Part shown: in pieces, positions 9,361 through 19,980 of the stretch
How positions within the stretch are numbered: position 1 is the first letter of the stretch
How the letters are laid out: each line of letters begins with the position of its first letter
Source: Longimicrobiales bacterium
GTDB taxonomy: Bacteria; Gemmatimonadota; Gemmatimonadetes; Longimicrobiales; Gaopeijiaceae
NCBI GenBank assembly: GCA_041690395.1
Contig: JAWLHJ010000005.1
Location: 64,001 to 128,000 of the forward strand
Direction: 5' to 3'
Length of the DNA stretch: 64,000 nt
Translations under genes and position numbers: made by a program
The notes under the pieces: model-generated
The model's input: only the letters and a program-made list of their open reading frames with translations
Database searches by the model: none
What the model was told of the DNA's origin: nothing

Positions 9361-10887
9361 ATGTCGTCGTGTCTCACCCCGGGTCGCGCGCGCGGCCTTC
9401 GCGCGTGGCTCGTGCTCGTGCCGGTCTTCGCTCTCGCGGCGCCGCTCGCCGCCCAGTCCACGGATCTCGCCGACGGGCCCGAAGCCCTCACCCTCGAAGA
9501 GGCGGTCGGGTTGGCGCGGGACCACAACCCCGATTTCCGCATTCAGCGGCAGCAGCTCCGCACCGCCGACATCGCGATCAGCAACGCGCGAGGCGACCTC
9601 CTGCCGAATGCGAGCGTCTCGAACAGCTACGGATACCAGGCCCAGGGCGAGCGCAGGGCGGGATCGGTCGTGCTCGGCACTCAGCCGGACTTCTATAGCT
9701 CATCTTACTCGCTCAACCTGTCCTACTCGCTGAGCGGCCAGTCGCTGCTTCGTCCCGGCCAGGCCGGAACGGAGGCCAGGGCGGCCGAGGCCCGGGTCCG
9801 GGGCGCCGGCGTGGCGCTCGACGCCGAGGTGACGGTCGCGTACCTCGCGGCGCTGGAGGCCGACGCCCAGGTCGTGCAGGCGCGCAACGCGCTCGAGCGC
9901 ACGCGCCTCGCCGTCGCGCAGGCGACCGCGCAGGTCGAGGTGGGGGCCGCGACACCGCTCGACATCCGCAGGGCCCAAGTCCAGGAAGGACAGGCCGAGG
10001 TCGTGCTCGTGACGAGCGAGAACGCCGCGGCCGCCGCCCGCGCGGCGCTCGGGCAGGTGGTCGGGGTCATACTCGAGGACGACGTGGCGCTCGTCACCGG
10101 GTTCGAGATCTTCACCCCGGCGCTGGACGCGGAGGATCTTCTCGGGCGCGCGCTCGGCACCAACCCGGTCATCCAGGCGTCACGCCTCTCGCATGACGTG
10201 ACCCGGTCCCAGGTCCGGTCGGCGCAGAGCCAGTTCTTCCCGACGATCTCGTTCTCGGCCGGAATCAGCGGATCGGTCTTCCAGGCCGGCAACCTGGATC
10301 CGCTGATCAATCAGGAGATGGGGAGTCAGGCCGGTCGGTACGACTCGTGCCTCGAGGACAACCGGATCCGTGCCCTCCTCGGAGACGCGCCTCGTGACTG
10401 CGCCAGCCTGAACCCTACGCTCCCGGCCGTGGAGGCCTCGATCCGCGACCGGATCGAGACGGAGAACAGCGGTTTCCCGTTCGGCTATCGCCGGAATCCG
10501 CTCAACCTCTCGCTCAACATCTCGCTGCCGCTCTTCACGGGCTTCTCGAGGCGAAACCAGGTGCAGTCGGCTCGCGTGGCGCAGACCAACGCGTCGGAGC
10601 AGGTGCGGACCCAGGAGCTGAGGCTGCGCTCGGAGGTCTCCACGGCGGTCCGGAACGTGGAGACCGCCCGCAGGACCGTGGAGCTCCAGGCCCGTATCCG
10701 GGAGACCTCGACGGAAGAGCTCGAGCTGGCACAGGAGCGTTTCGCGCTCGGTCTGGCCTCGTCCATCGAGGTGGCCGATGCGCAGGCCAACCTCTCGCAG
10801 GCCGAGCGCGACGAGATCACGGCGCTCTACGCGTTCCACAGATCGATCGTGGAGCTGGAAGCACTGGTGGGCGGACCCATTCGATGA
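9361..10887 (+). CDS. TolC family outer-membrane efflux protein
   Basis: Signal peptide; LTLEEAVGLARDHNPD; QFFPTIS; ISLPLFTGF; ERFALGLASSIEVADAQ. Confidence 0.92.
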   Translation: MSSCLTPGRARGLRAWLVLVPVFALAAPLAAQSTDLADGPEALTLEEAVGLARDHNPDFRIQRQQLRTADIAISNARGDLLPNASVSNSYGYQAQGERRAGSVVLGTQPDFYSSSYSLNLSYSLSGQSLLRPGQAGTEARAAEARVRGAGVALDAEVTVAYLAALEADAQVVQARNALERTRLAVAQATAQVEVGAATPLDIRRAQVQEGQAEVVLVTSENAAAAARAALGQVVGVILEDDVALVTGFEIFTPALDAEDLLGRALGTNPVIQASRLSHDVTRSQVRSAQSQFFPTISFSAGISGSVFQAGNLDPLINQEMGSQAGRYDSCLEDNRIRALLGDAPRDCASLNPTLPAVEASIRDRIETENSGFPFGYRRNPLNLSLNISLPLFTGFSRRNQVQSARVAQTNASEQVRTQELRLRSEVSTAVRNVETARRTVELQARIRETSTEELELAQERFALGLASSIEVADAQANLSQAERDEITALYAFHRSIVELEALVGGPIR

Positions 10888-10958
10888 GACGCGGCGGAAG
10901 CTCCGCCCCTGACGACACCGACGAACACGAGGGGGACCGCGACGGTCCCGGGCAATAC

Positions 10959-12170
10959 ATGACGCACTCGACCGTACACCACCGACACGACCATCCTTCA
11001 GGCCGGCGCGCCCGGACGGCATCGGCCGTGCGAGCCGCCGCGGCCGCGCTGCTGTTGGCCGGTGCCCTTTCCGCCTGCGGGTCCGGCGAGGACGCCGAGG
11101 CCGCGGCCCGCCCCCAGGGACCCGGCGGACCGGGTGGCCCGGGCGCGGGTGCCGGGGCCGGTGCCCGCGCCACGCCCGTCACGGCCAGGGTCGTCGAGAC
11201 GGGCGACCTCGAAGTGACGCTGCGGGGGTCGACCAACCTTCAGGCTCGCGAGCGGATCGACCTCGTGCCCAAGCAGGCCGGTGTGGTCATGGAGGTCCTG
11301 GTCGAGGAAGGTGACCGCGTGCAGGCCGGCCAGGTGCTCGCACGCCTCGACGACGAGGAGTGGCGGCTCCAGGCCGAGCAGTCGGATGCCCGTGCGACGG
11401 CCGCCCGCGAGGCGGCCAATCGGGCAAGCCGGCTCCAGGAGATGGACCTCGTCTCCGAGCAGGAGGTCGAGCGGCTCGTCTCCGAGGCGCGCGTCGCCGA
11501 GGCGGAGGTCGGGCTCGCGAGGCTGCGCGTCGAGAACGCATCGCTGAGGGCGCCCTTCGCGGGCACGGTCACGCACCGGTACATCGAGCGGGGCCAGCAG
11601 GTGAACACGACGAACCCGGCGTTCGGACTGGCCGACCTCGACCGACTCGAGGCGCTCGTCGCGATTCCGGAGCGCGAGGCTTCGCGCGTCGTGGTAGGAC
11701 AGGTCGTCCGGATCCTTCTCCAGGAGGGTGCGGAACCCGTCGCGAACGGTGTGGTGGAGCGGATCCGCCCGGTCGTCGACGCGGCCAGCGGCACGGTGCA
11801 GGTGACGGTCACGGTCCCGGCCGCCTCGGGTGGAGCCACCCTCCGTCCGGGACAGTTCGTGAACGTCGACGTGGTCACCGAGACGCTCACCGGACGCATC
11901 ACGCTGCCGCGGACGAGCGTCCTGGTAGACGGCGCTGCTCCCCGCGTCTTCGTCGTGCAGGACGGGCAGGCCATGGAGCAGGAGGTGACGCTCGGCTACT
12001 CGCGCGGCGACCGGGTCGAGATCCAGACGGGCGTGAGCGCGGGTGACACCGTGGTCATCGTCGGACAGGACAACCTGAGAAACGGGGCCTCCGTTCGGAT
12101 CATGGAGTTGCTCGGAGCCGCCGCGGAGCAGCCGGTGACCGACGACGGCACGGAAGGCGCGACCCAGTGA
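10959..12170 (+). CDS. RND efflux periplasmic adaptor (MFP), probable lipoprotein
   Basis: Lipobox LSAC; VLVEEGDRVQAGQVLARLD; LRAPFAGTV; LRPGQFV. Start uncertain (10884 or 10959). Confidence 0.9.
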   Translation: MTHSTVHHRHDHPSGRRARTASAVRAAAAALLLAGALSACGSGEDAEAAARPQGPGGPGGPGAGAGAGARATPVTARVVETGDLEVTLRGSTNLQARERIDLVPKQAGVVMEVLVEEGDRVQAGQVLARLDDEEWRLQAEQSDARATAAREAANRASRLQEMDLVSEQEVERLVSEARVAEAEVGLARLRVENASLRAPFAGTVTHRYIERGQQVNTTNPAFGLADLDRLEALVAIPEREASRVVVGQVVRILLQEGAEPVANGVVERIRPVVDAASGTVQVTVTVPAASGGATLRPGQFVNVDVVTETLTGRITLPRTSVLVDGAAPRVFVVQDGQAMEQEVTLGYSRGDRVEIQTGVSAGDTVVIVGQDNLRNGASVRIMELLGAAAEQPVTDDGTEGATQ

Positions 12171-15100
12171 AGCTCGTCGACCTGTCGGTGACCCGCCCGG
12201 TCGCCGTCACGATGGCGTTCGTCGCGGTCATGGTGTTCGGCTTCGTGTCGTACTCCAGGCTGCAGATGGATCTCCTGCCGGACCTGTCGTTCCCCACGAT
12301 CTCGATCGAGACCGAGTACGCCGGGGTGGGTCCGCGCGAGATGGAGACGCTCGTCTCTCAGCCCATCGAGGAGGCCGTCGCCGTCGTGCAGGGCGTCCGT
12401 CAGGTGACGTCCCGGTCGCGTCCCGGCCGCTCCGACATCACGCTCCAGTTCCGGTGGGGCACCGACATGGACTTCGCGGCCCTCGACCTGCGCGAGCGGC
12501 TCGACCTGATCAACCTCCCCCCGGGAGCCGGCCGCCCCACCCTGGCGCGCTACGATCCGGCTTCGGAGCCCGTGGTCCGCTTCGCGCTCGTGTCGGGCCG
12601 GCCGCTCGACCCGCGGGTCGCGGTCGATCGCCAGGAACTCATCGCGCTGCGGTGGGTCGCCGAGGAGCAGGTCCGCCGCGCGCTCGAGGGCATCGAGGGC
12701 GTCGCGGCGGTCCGCATCAACGGAGGGCTCGAGGAGGAGATCCTCGTCGAGGTCGACGAGGACCGGCTGACACAGCTCGGCATCCCGTTCAGTCAGGTCG
12801 CCGACCGGCTCGCCTCGGAGAACATCAATCTGGCCGGCGGCATCCTCGAGGAGGGAGAGGCCGAGTACGTCGTCCGCACCGTGAACGAGTTCGGGGCGCC
12901 CGACGAGATGCTCCGCGTCGTGGTGGGCACGGCGGGCGGACAGACGATCCTCCTCCAGGACGTGGCCACCATCCGGCGGGACGCGGTCGACCGGGAGACG
13001 CTCTCGCTCGTGAACGGAAACGAGGCGGTCGAGATCGCGGTCCTGCGTGAGTCGGCGGCCAACGTCGTCACGCTTTCACGCGCGGTGCGCACCCGTCTCG
13101 GCACACTGCAGAACGACCTGCCGGACGGCGTCTCCACGGTCATCGTGACGGACCAGGCCGTGTTCATCGAGCGCGCGGTGGGCGACGTGCGTCTCGCGGC
13201 CTTGCTCGGCGGCGGCTTCGCCATGCTGATCCTGCTGCTCTTCCTGCGGCACCTTCCGACCACGCTCATCGTGGCGACCGCGATCCCGATCTCGGTCATC
13301 GCCACGTTTATCCTGATGTTCTCGCGGGACATCACACTGAACGTCATGTCGCTCGGCGGATTGGCCCTCGGTGTGGGCATGCTGGTCGACAGCGCGATCG
13401 TGGTTCTCGAGTCGATCGCGCGCGAGCGTGACGCGGGGCTGGACCCCGTCGACGCCGCGCGCGCGGGTACCGACCGCGTCGGCCGGGCCGTGGTGGCGTC
13501 GACCCTCACGACGGTGGCCGTCTTCCTGCCCATCGTCTTCGTCCAGGGGATCGCCGGGCAGCTGTTCGGGGACCAGGCATGGACCGTCTCCTTCGCGTTG
13601 GTGGCTTCGCTGCTGGTCGCGCTCACCCTGATTCCGATGCTGGCCGGCCGGGGTGAGGGGGCGAGAGCGCGTCTGGGCACGAGTCCGACGGAAGGATCCG
13701 AGGCCCGCGCGTCCGGTTCGATCGGCCCGGTCGGGAACGCCCTCGCCCTGGGAGGCGGGACGTTCCTGCGGCTCTTCAGCGCGACCGGGAACGGCGGGGC
13801 ACGCATCCTGGCTCCGGTCGCGAACGGGTTCGATCGCGTGTATGGTGCCATCGAGGACCGCTACCCCGGCGTGCTTCGGGATCTCGTGCGTCGGCCGGTC
13901 CTCGTCCTCGGCGTGGCGCTCGCCACGCTGGTCGGGGGTGGCCTGCTGATGCTCCGGGTAGGCGTCTCGCTCGTGCCCGAGCTCTCGCAGGGTGAGCTCG
14001 TCGTGGAGCTCGAGGCTTCGCCGGGGACGAGTCTGTTGCGCATGGAGGAGCTCGCCCGCGGCGCTGAAGCCGCGGCGTTGGAGCTCCCCACGGTGGAGGA
14101 GATCTTCACGAACGTCGGGGTCCGCGGAGGCGCCGGCACGCTCGGACGGACCGGTGAGCTCGAGCGCCATGCGGCTACGCTGCTCGTCCGTCTCGCCGAG
14201 GGAGCGGAATCGGAGGACCAGGTCATCGACGAGCTCCAGGAGCGGCTCGCGACCATGCCCGGTGTGCAGGTACGCGTCGACCGCCCCCGACTCTTCACCG
14301 TCAACGCGCCGGTCGAGGTGGAGGTGCGGGGCTTCGACCTGAATCTGCTCGAGGAGATCGCGGGGGACGTGCGGAGCCGGCTCCGTACCGTGGCCGGCAT
14401 CGAGGGCGTCGAGGAGGAGCGGAGGGCGGGAACGCCGGAGATCTCCGTTCAGTTCGACCGCGAGCGGCTGGCCAGGCAGGGGCTCACCATCGGCGACGCC
14501 GCCGAGGCGCTGCAGGCGCGCGTGCAGGGCGCCGCAGCGACGGAGTTCACCGAGCGCGACCGGGACCTCACCGTTCTCGTACGGGCTCGGGAGAACCAGC
14601 GCACCACGCTGGAGGACCTGTCGCAGCTTCGCCTCCAGACCCCGGGCGGAGGCTCCGTGCAGCTGAGCGCCGTCGCCGATCTGGGCTTCCAGGACGGGCC
14701 GGCCGAGATCATCCGGCGGGGCGGCTCACGGGTGGCGCTCGTGGAGGCGAGGCCGGCCGGCACCGACCTCGCCGGAGCCATCGAGCGGATCGGCGCGGAG
14801 ATGGACGAGCTCGTGCTGCCGCGCGACATCACGGTGGCCGTAGCCGGACAGTCCAGGGATCTCCAGGAGTCCGTGCGGTCGATGCAGCTCGCGCTGTTGC
14901 TCGCCGTCTTCCTCGTCTATCTCGTCATGGCGAGCCAGTTCGAGTCGTTCCGCCTTCCGTTCGTCATCCTGGCGTCGGTTCCGCTCGCCCTCCCTGGCGC
15001 CATCGCGGCTCTCTGGGTCAGCGGCAACTCGATCTCGGTGGTCGCGCTGATCGGCATGGTCATGCTGGTCGGTATCGTGGTCAACAACGGGATCGTGCTC

Positions 15101-15478
15101 GTGGACTACGTGAACCAGCTGCGTCGCGACGAGGGCTACGAGCTCGATGCCGCGATCGTGCATGCCGCGAAGGTCCGGCTGCGCCCGATCCTGATGTCCA
15201 CGCTCACGACGGTGCTCGGACTGCTGCCCCTGGCGCTGATCCCCGGAGAAGGCGCAGAGCTCCGCGTCCCACTGGCGGTGCCGGTCATCGGCGGGCTGCT
15301 CTTCTCCACGCTGCTCACGCTGGTGGTGATCCCGACGCTGTACCGTATCGTGGAACTGCCCGGTGAGCGACGACGCGTCGAGAGCGGCGCAGGGGCAGGC
15401 GGCGAGAGCGCGACGGAAGGAACGCCCGAGCGGCCCACGTGGGCGCCCGGCGACTCCAGTATCACACAGGGAGCCTGA
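12167..15478 (+). CDS. RND efflux permease subunit 1 (AcrB/MdtB-like)
   Basis: RPVAVTM; LNVMSLGGLALGVGMLVDSAIVV; ASQFES; GIVVNNGIVLVD; RLRPILMST. Confidence 0.95.
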   Translation: MKLVDLSVTRPVAVTMAFVAVMVFGFVSYSRLQMDLLPDLSFPTISIETEYAGVGPREMETLVSQPIEEAVAVVQGVRQVTSRSRPGRSDITLQFRWGTDMDFAALDLRERLDLINLPPGAGRPTLARYDPASEPVVRFALVSGRPLDPRVAVDRQELIALRWVAEEQVRRALEGIEGVAAVRINGGLEEEILVEVDEDRLTQLGIPFSQVADRLASENINLAGGILEEGEAEYVVRTVNEFGAPDEMLRVVVGTAGGQTILLQDVATIRRDAVDRETLSLVNGNEAVEIAVLRESAANVVTLSRAVRTRLGTLQNDLPDGVSTVIVTDQAVFIERAVGDVRLAALLGGGFAMLILLLFLRHLPTTLIVATAIPISVIATFILMFSRDITLNVMSLGGLALGVGMLVDSAIVVLESIARERDAGLDPVDAARAGTDRVGRAVVASTLTTVAVFLPIVFVQGIAGQLFGDQAWTVSFALVASLLVALTLIPMLAGRGEGARARLGTSPTEGSEARASGSIGPVGNALALGGGTFLRLFSATGNGGARILAPVANGFDRVYGAIEDRYPGVLRDLVRRPVLVLGVALATLVGGGLLMLRVGVSLVPELSQGELVVELEASPGTSLLRMEELARGAEAAALELPTVEEIFTNVGVRGGAGTLGRTGELERHAATLLVRLAEGAESEDQVIDELQERLATMPGVQVRVDRPRLFTVNAPVEVEVRGFDLNLLEEIAGDVRSRLRTVAGIEGVEEERRAGTPEISVQFDRERLARQGLTIGDAAEALQARVQGAAATEFTERDRDLTVLVRARENQRTTLEDLSQLRLQTPGGGSVQLSAVADLGFQDGPAEIIRRGGSRVALVEARPAGTDLAGAIERIGAEMDELVLPRDITVAVAGQSRDLQESVRSMQLALLLAVFLVYLVMASQFESFRLPFVILASVPLALPGAIAALWVSGNSISVVALIGMVMLVGIVVNNGIVLVDYVNQLRRDEGYELDAAIVHAAKVRLRPILMSTLTTVLGLLPLALIPGEGAELRVPLAVPVIGGLLFSTLLTLVVIPTLYRIVELPGERRRVESGAGAGGESATEGTPERPTWAPGDSSITQGA

Positions 15479-15483
15479 GCACC

Positions 15484-18400
15484 ATGTCGATCCCACGCTT
15501 CGCGGTCACCCGCCCCGTCACGACCGGGATGATGGTCGTGTCGGTCATCGTCCTGGGCCTCGTGTCGATGGGGATGATCCGGCTCGACATGTTCCCGACG
15601 TTCGAGCGCCCGGTCCTCTCGGTGTCGGTCCCGTATCCGGATGCGTCACCCTCGGAGGTCGAGCGGCGGATCGTGCGGCCTCTGGAGGAGGCGCTCGGGA
15701 CGGTGAGGGAGCTCGACGTCATTCGCTCGACGGCGTCGCAGAATCAGGGACGAGTCGAGCTCGAGTTCGAGCCTGGGACGGACATGGATCTGGCGTCGCT
15801 CGAGGTCCGCGAGCGGCTCTCGCAGGTGCGCGGCGAGCTACCCGCCGACGTCCAGCGCGTTCAGCTCCGGCGGTTCTCCTCGGACGAGCAGCCCGTGCTG
15901 AGGGCCGCGATCTCGTGGGACGGCGATCCCGCCCGCCTCTCCGAGCTGGTCGAGAAGCGGATCTCGCCCGCGCTGCTCCAGGTGCCGGGCGTCGCGCAGG
16001 TCGACGTCCAGGGGCTCGAGGAGCGCGAGGTCACCATCGAGCTCGATCAGGACCGGATGCGCGCTCAGGGCGTGACGATCGCGATGATCGGCCAAGCGCT
16101 CAGCAGGGGAAACCAGGACTACTCGGTCGGCGAAGTAGAGCTCGGCGGCACGCGCTTCCAGGTGCGCGCCGTGGGCCAGCTGTCGTCGGTCGACCAGATG
16201 GAGCGGCTCCCGATCGGCAACGGCGGGGTGCGCCTCGCCGATGTGGCGACCGTCACCTACGACTTTCCCGAGCGCGACTTCTTCTACCGGATGAACGGGA
16301 TGACCGCTCGTCAGGTGGAGATCTACAAGGAGTCCGACGCGAACATCGTCGAGGTGGCGACCGCGGTGAAGGCATCCCTCGAGGAGCTGGTCGACGATCC
16401 GGGCCTGGAGGGGATCGGCTTCCGAACGTGGCAGGACCAGTCCGAGGGGATCCTGGAGGTGCTCGGTCTCCTGGCGGGCGCCGGCGCGAGCGGCGGCGCG
16501 CTCGCGGTCTTCATGCTGATCGTCTTCCTCAGGCGCGTGACGCCGACGCTCATCGTGGCCGCGGCCATTCCGGTCTCGCTCATCTTCACGGTCGCGATCC
16601 TGTACATCACGGGCGACTCGCTCAACATCATCACCCTGTCGGGACTCATGCTCGCCGTGGGGATGTTGATCGACAACGCGGTCGTGGTGGTGGAGAACAT
16701 CTTCCGCCACCGGGAGATGGGATCCGATCCGGAGCAGGCGGCCGTCGAGGGCGCGAGCGAGGTGGGACTCGCGATCTTCTCCGGGACGATGACCACCATC
16801 GTGGTCTTCGCGCCGCTCTTCTTCCTGCCCCCGAACCAGATGGGCACGCAGTTCAGGGCGTTCGGTTCGAGCATCTCGTTCACGATGATCGCGTCGCTGG
16901 GCGTCGCCTTCACGCTCGTTCCACTACTGGCCGTGCGCCTCATCCGGGGCGAGATGCCCGCGCCGGGCCGGATGATGGTCGCGCTCAACGGATGGTACCG
17001 GGCGCTGCTCGACCGGGTGCTCGATCACCGGTGGGCCACCGCGGCGTTCGCGACCGCGCTGTTCGTCGGAGGCGGCTGGATCCTGGCGGAGCTGCCGCGC
17101 GAGCTCATGCCGGAAGAGGACAACCGCTTCATCCGCATGGGCATCACCACCCCTCGGGGCCTGTCGTTCGAGGAGCGCAGCGAGATCTTCGCGCAGGCCG
17201 AGGGCATCCTGCTCGATCGCCAGGAGGAGTTCGAGATCGAGACCGTCTCGTCGTTCTCCCGGCGCGACTTCGCGTCGATCTTCATGACGCTCGCTCCGTT
17301 CTCGGAGGGCGGTCAGAAGTCGACCGCGCAGATCTCGGAGGAGATCCAGGCCGCCATGCCCGTGATCGCCGGTGTGGAGTGGAACCAGCGTCGCGGCTTC
17401 GGACGGGGCGCGGGCGTCGAGATCCGGCTCATCGGCGAGAGCACGAGCGAGCTCGAACGCCTGGCGGAGTCCGTCGAGCTGATGCTCGAGTCGAGCATCG
17501 ACGGGCTCCAGAGCGTCGAGAACTCACTGGCTTCCGGCAACGAGGAAGTGCGCGTGCGGGTCGACCGGCGGGCCGCCGAGCGCCAGGGCCTGACGTCGGA
17601 GCAGGTGGCGCGCGCCGTCTCCGGAGCGCTCCGCGGCGAGGTCGCCACGCGCTTCCGCTCGGGCGACAACGAGGTCGACGTGCTCATGCAGCTCCGCGAC
17701 GAGAACCGGGTCTCGATCGCTCAGATGGGGAACCTCGCGGTGGGCTCCGTCGACGGGACGAGCGTGCCGCTGGGTACGGTGGCCGACATCCAGGTCGTGG
17801 GTGGGCCGCAGGACATCAGGCGCGAGAACCGCCAAACGTCGGTGAGTGTGTCCGCCGAGCTCCAGTCCGGTGTCGTTCGTGAGCAGGTGATCGGCGAGGT
17901 CCAGGCGGCCATGGCGGACTTCGACCTTCCCCCGGGATACCGGTGGGACCTCGGCCGGGGGTTCGCCGAAGAGCAGGAGCAGTTCGGAGACATGATGATG
18001 GCGGGCCTTCTGGCGCTCGTCCTCATCTACATCATCCTGGCGGCCCTGTTCGAGAGCCTCCTATTACCGCTCATCATCTACTTCTCGATCTTCTTCGCGG
18101 TACCCGGCCTCGGGCTCATCTTCGTCCTCACCGGCTCGACGTTCTCGATCCTGTCGTTCCTCGGCGTGCTGATCACCGTCGGGATCGTCGTGAACAACTC
18201 GATCGTCATGATCGACCTGGTGAACCAGCTCCGGGCCAGCGGTCAGGACCGCCGCTCGGCGCTGCTCGAGGGGTGCACCGCGCGGCTCCGCCCGATCCTG
18301 ATGACGAGCCTGACCACGCTGCTCGGCCTGGTGCCGATGGCGTTCTGGGCGACCGAGGGGATGGGCCAGATGTTCTCGCCCATCGGACAGGCCGTGATCG

Positions 18401-18576
18401 GGGGGCTGACCACTTCGACCCTCATGACGCTGGCGCTGACACCCACGCTCTACGCCTGGTTCGACGACATCGGGCTGTGGTTGACCGCCTTCCGGCGCCG
18501 GACGCTGGAAGTGGCGCTCGGCGACCGGGGCAGGGCCGCCGAGGAGGCGCTCGTGGCGCGGGAGGCGCAGGGATAG
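15484..18576 (+). CDS. RND efflux permease subunit 2 (AcrB/MdtC-like)
   Basis: ATG 15484 (MSIPRFAVTRPV); GMLIDNAVVV; ALFES; GIVVNNSIV; RLRPILMTS. Confidence 0.95.
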   Translation: MSIPRFAVTRPVTTGMMVVSVIVLGLVSMGMIRLDMFPTFERPVLSVSVPYPDASPSEVERRIVRPLEEALGTVRELDVIRSTASQNQGRVELEFEPGTDMDLASLEVRERLSQVRGELPADVQRVQLRRFSSDEQPVLRAAISWDGDPARLSELVEKRISPALLQVPGVAQVDVQGLEEREVTIELDQDRMRAQGVTIAMIGQALSRGNQDYSVGEVELGGTRFQVRAVGQLSSVDQMERLPIGNGGVRLADVATVTYDFPERDFFYRMNGMTARQVEIYKESDANIVEVATAVKASLEELVDDPGLEGIGFRTWQDQSEGILEVLGLLAGAGASGGALAVFMLIVFLRRVTPTLIVAAAIPVSLIFTVAILYITGDSLNIITLSGLMLAVGMLIDNAVVVVENIFRHREMGSDPEQAAVEGASEVGLAIFSGTMTTIVVFAPLFFLPPNQMGTQFRAFGSSISFTMIASLGVAFTLVPLLAVRLIRGEMPAPGRMMVALNGWYRALLDRVLDHRWATAAFATALFVGGGWILAELPRELMPEEDNRFIRMGITTPRGLSFEERSEIFAQAEGILLDRQEEFEIETVSSFSRRDFASIFMTLAPFSEGGQKSTAQISEEIQAAMPVIAGVEWNQRRGFGRGAGVEIRLIGESTSELERLAESVELMLESSIDGLQSVENSLASGNEEVRVRVDRRAAERQGLTSEQVARAVSGALRGEVATRFRSGDNEVDVLMQLRDENRVSIAQMGNLAVGSVDGTSVPLGTVADIQVVGGPQDIRRENRQTSVSVSAELQSGVVREQVIGEVQAAMADFDLPPGYRWDLGRGFAEEQEQFGDMMMAGLLALVLIYIILAALFESLLLPLIIYFSIFFAVPGLGLIFVLTGSTFSILSFLGVLITVGIVVNNSIVMIDLVNQLRASGQDRRSALLEGCTARLRPILMTSLTTLLGLVPMAFWATEGMGQMFSPIGQAVIGGLTTSTLMTLALTPTLYAWFDDIGLWLTAFRRRTLEVALGDRGRAAEEALVAREAQG

Positions 18577-18591
18577 CTCTCGCCCGAGCCG

Positions 18592-19980
18592 CTACTCCAG
18601 CTTCCGGTACAGCGTCCGGCGTCCGATACCGAGAAGAGCGGCGGCGCGACGTTTGTTGCCGTCCACGCGCTCGAGCACATGCTCGACGTACCGGCGCTCG
18701 AGCTCCTGTAGCGTCATGATCTCGTCCTGGCTCACGAGCCTGGCCGCGGCACCGAGCGACGCGGCCGCTCCGGGCTCGTCCCCGTTCTCCCTCGAGGGGC
18801 TCCGCACACGTGCCGGCAGGTGGCGCGGCTCCAGACGGGGGCCTTCACAGAACGTGACCGCGCGCTCGACCAGGTTCTCGAGCTCCCGCACGTTCCCGGG
18901 GAATCGGTAGGCGCGTAGGGTCTCCAGGAACGGAGCCCCGAGTTCGGGCGGTGTCCGGTCGAGGCGCACCGCGTGCCTCTGGACGAATCGGGCCGCGAGG
19001 AGGTCGATGTCACCGGTCCGCTCCCGCAGGGGCGGAAGCGATAGACGGAACGTCTCGAGGCGGTAGTACAGGTCGTGCCGAATGCTTCCCTCTTCCTGAT
19101 CCCCGTCGTCGCTGAGATCGCGGTGCGTGGCGGCGATCACCCGAACGTCGACCGGCGTGCTCCGGTCGCTGCCCACCGGCCGCACCTCCCCCTCCTGCAA
19201 CACGCGGAGCAGCTTCGCTTGGAGGCCCTGGGGCATCTCCCCGATCTCGTCCAGGAGAAGCGTGCCTCCGTCCGCCTCCTGGAACAGACCCGCGCGGCTG
19301 GAGGTCGCCCCCGTGAAGGCGCCCTTCACGTGTCCGAAGAACTCGCTCTCCAACAGCGATTCCGGGATCCCCGCGCAGTTCACGGCCAGAAACGGCTTGC
19401 CCTTCCGGGAGCTCTCGGCGTGGATGGCCCGGGCGGCGAGTTCCTTCCCGGTCCCGCTCTCGCCCTGTAGCAGGACGGGGCCCTGACCGCGCGCGATCCT
19501 CTTCAGGTCGTGGAAGAGCTCGGTCATCACGGGACTGCGCCCGACCATGCCGTGGAAGTCGGGCGCGCCCATCGCCTCCCGGTAGCGCAGGAGCTCGTCC
19601 TTGAGTCGCCTGGTCTCGAGGACCCGGGCGACACGGACCGACAGGTGGTCGAGGTCGAGCGGCTTGGTCAGGAAGTCGTCCGCTCCTTCCTTGAGCGCCC
19701 GAACCGCCTGGTCGATCGTGCCGAACGCGGTGATCACGATGAAGGCGGGTGGGTGCTCCATGGAGCGCGTGCGCTCGAGCAGCTCGAGGCCGTTCGCTCC
19801 GGGGAGCCGAAGGTCGCTCACGACGAGGTCGACCCGGGTGCCGGCGAGGGTCTCGACGGCCGCTTCGGCCGATCCCGCAGTCAGCACGGTCGCGCCGTCG
19901 TCCTCGAGCTCGTCCTTCAGGAGGCTGCGGAGCGCTTCTTCGTCTTCCACGACCAGAACCGTTGCCACGTCACGCCTCAT
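18592..19980 (-). CDS. Sigma54-dependent response regulator (REC-AAA+-Fis HTH; NtrC/AtoC/ZraR family)
   Basis: ATG 19980; VLVVEDE; VVSDLRLP; GESGTGKE; GAFTGA; LLDEIGEM; FPGNVRELEN; GNKRRAAALLGIGRRTLYRKL. Confidence 0.93.
   Translation of the reverse strand: MRRDVATVLVVEDEEALRSLLKDELEDDGATVLTAGSAEAAVETLAGTRVDLVVSDLRLPGANGLELLERTRSMEHPPAFIVITAFGTIDQAVRALKEGADDFLTKPLDLDHLSVRVARVLETRRLKDELLRYREAMGAPDFHGMVGRSPVMTELFHDLKRIARGQGPVLLQGESGTGKELAARAIHAESSRKGKPFLAVNCAGIPESLLESEFFGHVKGAFTGATSSRAGLFQEADGGTLLLDEIGEMPQGLQAKLLRVLQEGEVRPVGSDRSTPVDVRVIAATHRDLSDDGDQEEGSIRHDLYYRLETFRLSLPPLRERTGDIDLLAARFVQRHAVRLDRTPPELGAPFLETLRAYRFPGNVRELENLVERAVTFCEGPRLEPRHLPARVRSPSRENGDEPGAAASLGAAARLVSQDEIMTLQELERRYVEHVLERVDGNKRRAAALLGIGRRTLYRKLE

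Noticed and set aside
12167..18576. Tandem RND permeases with DS/DN and NN at the proton-relay positions
   Set aside because: Two-permease RND operons (MdtBC-like) and these substitutions are common in this subfamily; not novel.
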